DNA of 64,000 nucleotides from Planktothricoides raciborskii GIHE-MW2 (GTDB lineage Bacteria; Cyanobacteriota; Cyanobacteriia; Cyanobacteriales; Laspinemataceae): NCBI RefSeq assembly GCF_040564635.1, contig NZ_CP159837.1, positions 163,801 to 227,800 of the forward strand, read 5' to 3'. Shown piece by piece: positions 62,030 to 64,000 of this stretch (position 1 is its first letter; each line of letters starts with the position of its first letter). The notes under the pieces were generated by a model. It saw only the letters and a program-made list of their open reading frames with translations, ran no database searches and was not told where the DNA came from. The position numbers and the translations under genes were made by a program.

Positions 62030-64000
62030 CGCGATTCAAAAATGACAAAGCCCGCGCCGCAACGGTGACAAATACCGCCTCCGGCAAGCTAAAGCAAACC
62101 CCATCATTGGGCACTGAAATGGGGCGCTGGTATTAGCGACCCTGACGCAGCACGATATTTGGCCTGCGGATGTCTAGGACTTTAGCCAGTCCTCCGAAAT
62201 TGTCCTAACCCTCTTGGCGAGTGCTATATGTCAAAAGTCCCCCTTCATCAAGCTGTCCGCCCTTTTTTAAGACTAGGGGGAACTGCGGATTTAGGGGGAT
62301 TGCGCTACGCGAGAAAACGCGAAAGATCAAGTGTTGCATTATTTTGGTAAATTTTTCTGAATCAAGTATTTTTTTATACATAGAGTCAAAATGTTTTGCC
62401 GAGATTTTGGCGGAATATACGGATAAAAACGAGATACAAGGTATAAAAACATACCCATATCAGGAAAAGAGAAAGAGATTGGCGCAGCCTGCGCGTAGTG
62501 CCGCGTCGCCGCAGCCCAGGAGAATCACTCCTCCCATAGCTGGCGGAATTTCTCGCGATCGCTGACAACAGTTATAAATGCCACCTGAAATTCTGATATT
62601 TGACCGCTTCAAACTTCAGATAGCGGTCAGTTGGTGAAAACTTGACTTTTACATCTCGATCGCAGCAATAATGCTGCACCTACAACCTTTGATGCAAACC
62701 TGAAACCGCCAGAATTAGCCTGAACGGACTTGCCGATCCGATTAATATGAGACATCCCCTGACATCGTGGATCCATGCTAATCCAGCACAAAAAACGGTA
62801 ACTTCTGGGGGTTACAAATAAGTTAACAGATCATCCTAGAAATGTGTTGCCATTTTGGCAGATTTTTCATTAAAGTAAGACTTTTTTTTTGCTTTTTACA
62901 GAAAAAATTATGGCATCCTTGAAAGTGGTTAATTAGTAAGGCTTTGAGTCTTAAATCTTGATCGCAGCCAGAAGACCGCACCCACAACCCTTGATGTAAC
63001 ACAGAATGAGTCCGACTTAGCTTTGATATACCGCCGCGTCTCGTCCCACCCTACGGCTTGTAGGGGCAAAGCATAAAGCCTGACGGCATAGCGAAAGCTT
63101 ACCGGGCAGTTAATTCTCGGTTTTCACCGTTAACATAATTACCCGAATGCTTCGCCAGAACCCGGCAGTTAATTCTCGATGAATTTTCACCACAAAGACA
63201 CAAAGGGACACAAAGGAATTGACTTGTAGGGGCGAAGCATTCGGGCAGTTAACTATCGGTTTTCACCGTTAACATAATTACCCGAATGCTTCGCCCTTAT
63301 TCGGGCAGTTAACTATCGGTTTTCACCGTTAACATAATTACCCGAATGCTTCGCCAGAACCCGGCAGTTAATTCTCGATGAATTTTCACCACAAAGACAC
63401 AAAGGGACACAAAGGAATTGACTTGTAGGGGCGAAGCATTCGGGCAGTTAACTATCGGTTTTCACCGTTAACATAATTACCCAAAAAACCAACCCATCCG
63501 CTGCCAACGGATTAATTACCCAAACAACCAACCCATCCGCTGCCAATCCGCTGCCAAGGTAGGGCGAAGCATTCCGTAGGGGCGAAGCATTCCGGTAGTT
63601 AATTTAATATTTTCAGCATCAAACTTCTGCCGGAATGCTTCGCCCTTACAATATTTTCAGCCATAATTTGTCTGCCGGAATGCTTCGCCCCTACAGGTAT
63701 TTGTGGTTTACTCGCGGAGAAAATCGCTGTAATTACCCAAACAACCAACCCATCCGCTGCCAATCCGCTGCCAAATTTTTTCACCACAGAAACACAGATA
63801 ATTAACAACAATAAGGACACGGCAATGCCGTGTCCCTACCCTAAAAAGCCCCCCTTTTTAAGGGGGGTTGGGGGGATCAATCCATTATTTTGTACTCTTG
63901 TCTAATTAACAACCGTAGGGACACGGCAATGCCGTGTCCCTACCCGCCCCATCATTCTAACAACGGCAAATTATTCACAATATCCACCGTCTCTAAACTA
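62030..64000. repeat. About 2 kb with no convincing ORF, made of composite dispersed repeats (an A-B-A unit duplicated at 63095-63480, GTAGGGGCGAAGCATTCC hairpins, CCCCTTTTAAGGGG palindromes, GACACGGCAATGCCGTGTCC hairpins)
   Basis: Seen directly. A = CGGGCAGTTAA.T.TCGGTTTTCACCGTTAACATAATTACCCGAATGCTTCGCC. B = GGCAGTTAATTCTCGATGAATTTTCACCACAAAGACACAAAGGGACACAAAGGAATTGACTTGTAGGGGCGAAGCATT. Confidence 0.8.

Noticed and set aside
63060-63500. Possible CRISPR array (regularly spaced 60-70-bp repeats)
   Set aside because: The intervening sequences are themselves repeated (A-B-A-A-B-A), so there are no unique spacers. The repeats are hairpin-type MITE-like elements also found singly elsewhere.

Overview
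This 64-kb window looks cyanobacterial, probably from a filamentous Oscillatoriales-like genome. The octamer GCGATCGC is very frequent, heptanucleotide microsatellites are common, and several families of small palindromic hairpin repeats fill the intergenic space. The window is a mix of housekeeping genes and accessory or decayed material. I recognised no rRNA, tRNA or CRISPR array.

Gene content in order:
- A partial membrane-protein gene at the left edge, carrying an in-frame palindromic-repeat insertion.
- A copA-copB copper-resistance pair, both with repeat-encoded His-rich linkers.
- dedA, exoD and ahcY.
- A Nif11-like leader-peptide ORF that ends in an 11-bp tandem repeat.
- A toxin-antitoxin remnant cluster (truncated PIN toxin, its antitoxin, an orphan Phd/YefM antitoxin).
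- A two-gene module: an AAA_16/STAND-like P-loop NTPase followed by a protein with a degenerate P-loop-like N-domain and about 18 near-identical TPR repeats. A truncated paralog of the NTPase sits 29 kb downstream.
- mnmG.
- A Pro/Ala-rich membrane protein with a PilP-like C-terminus, followed by a short PspA/IM30-like protein.
- aspA, two Trp-rich TPR genes, a DUF1230 membrane protein with rsfS, and a CNNM/CorC transporter.
- A decayed OmpR-type response regulator, an IS630 fragment, and an IS4-family element.
- An nrtABCD/cmpABCD-type ABC transporter operon.
- mutL, an alpha/beta hydrolase, a GST, psbK (45 aa, missed by the 60-aa ORF track), tgt with a 12-bp-repeat-encoded N-terminal extension, and cobS.
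- An 1813-aa HstK-type Ser/Thr-His hybrid kinase.
- A ParA-like fragment cut off by a repeat, a beta-helix protein with a PEP-CTERM-like tail, a SLATT-domain 2TM protein, an M6 metalloprotease with nine near-identical FG-GAP repeats, and a LuxR-type regulator.

The candidates for something new are the NTPase+TPR split module, the isolated SLATT protein beside the protease and LuxR genes, and the PilP-like plus PspA-like pair. All identifications rest on remembered family motifs applied by eye; no searches were run.
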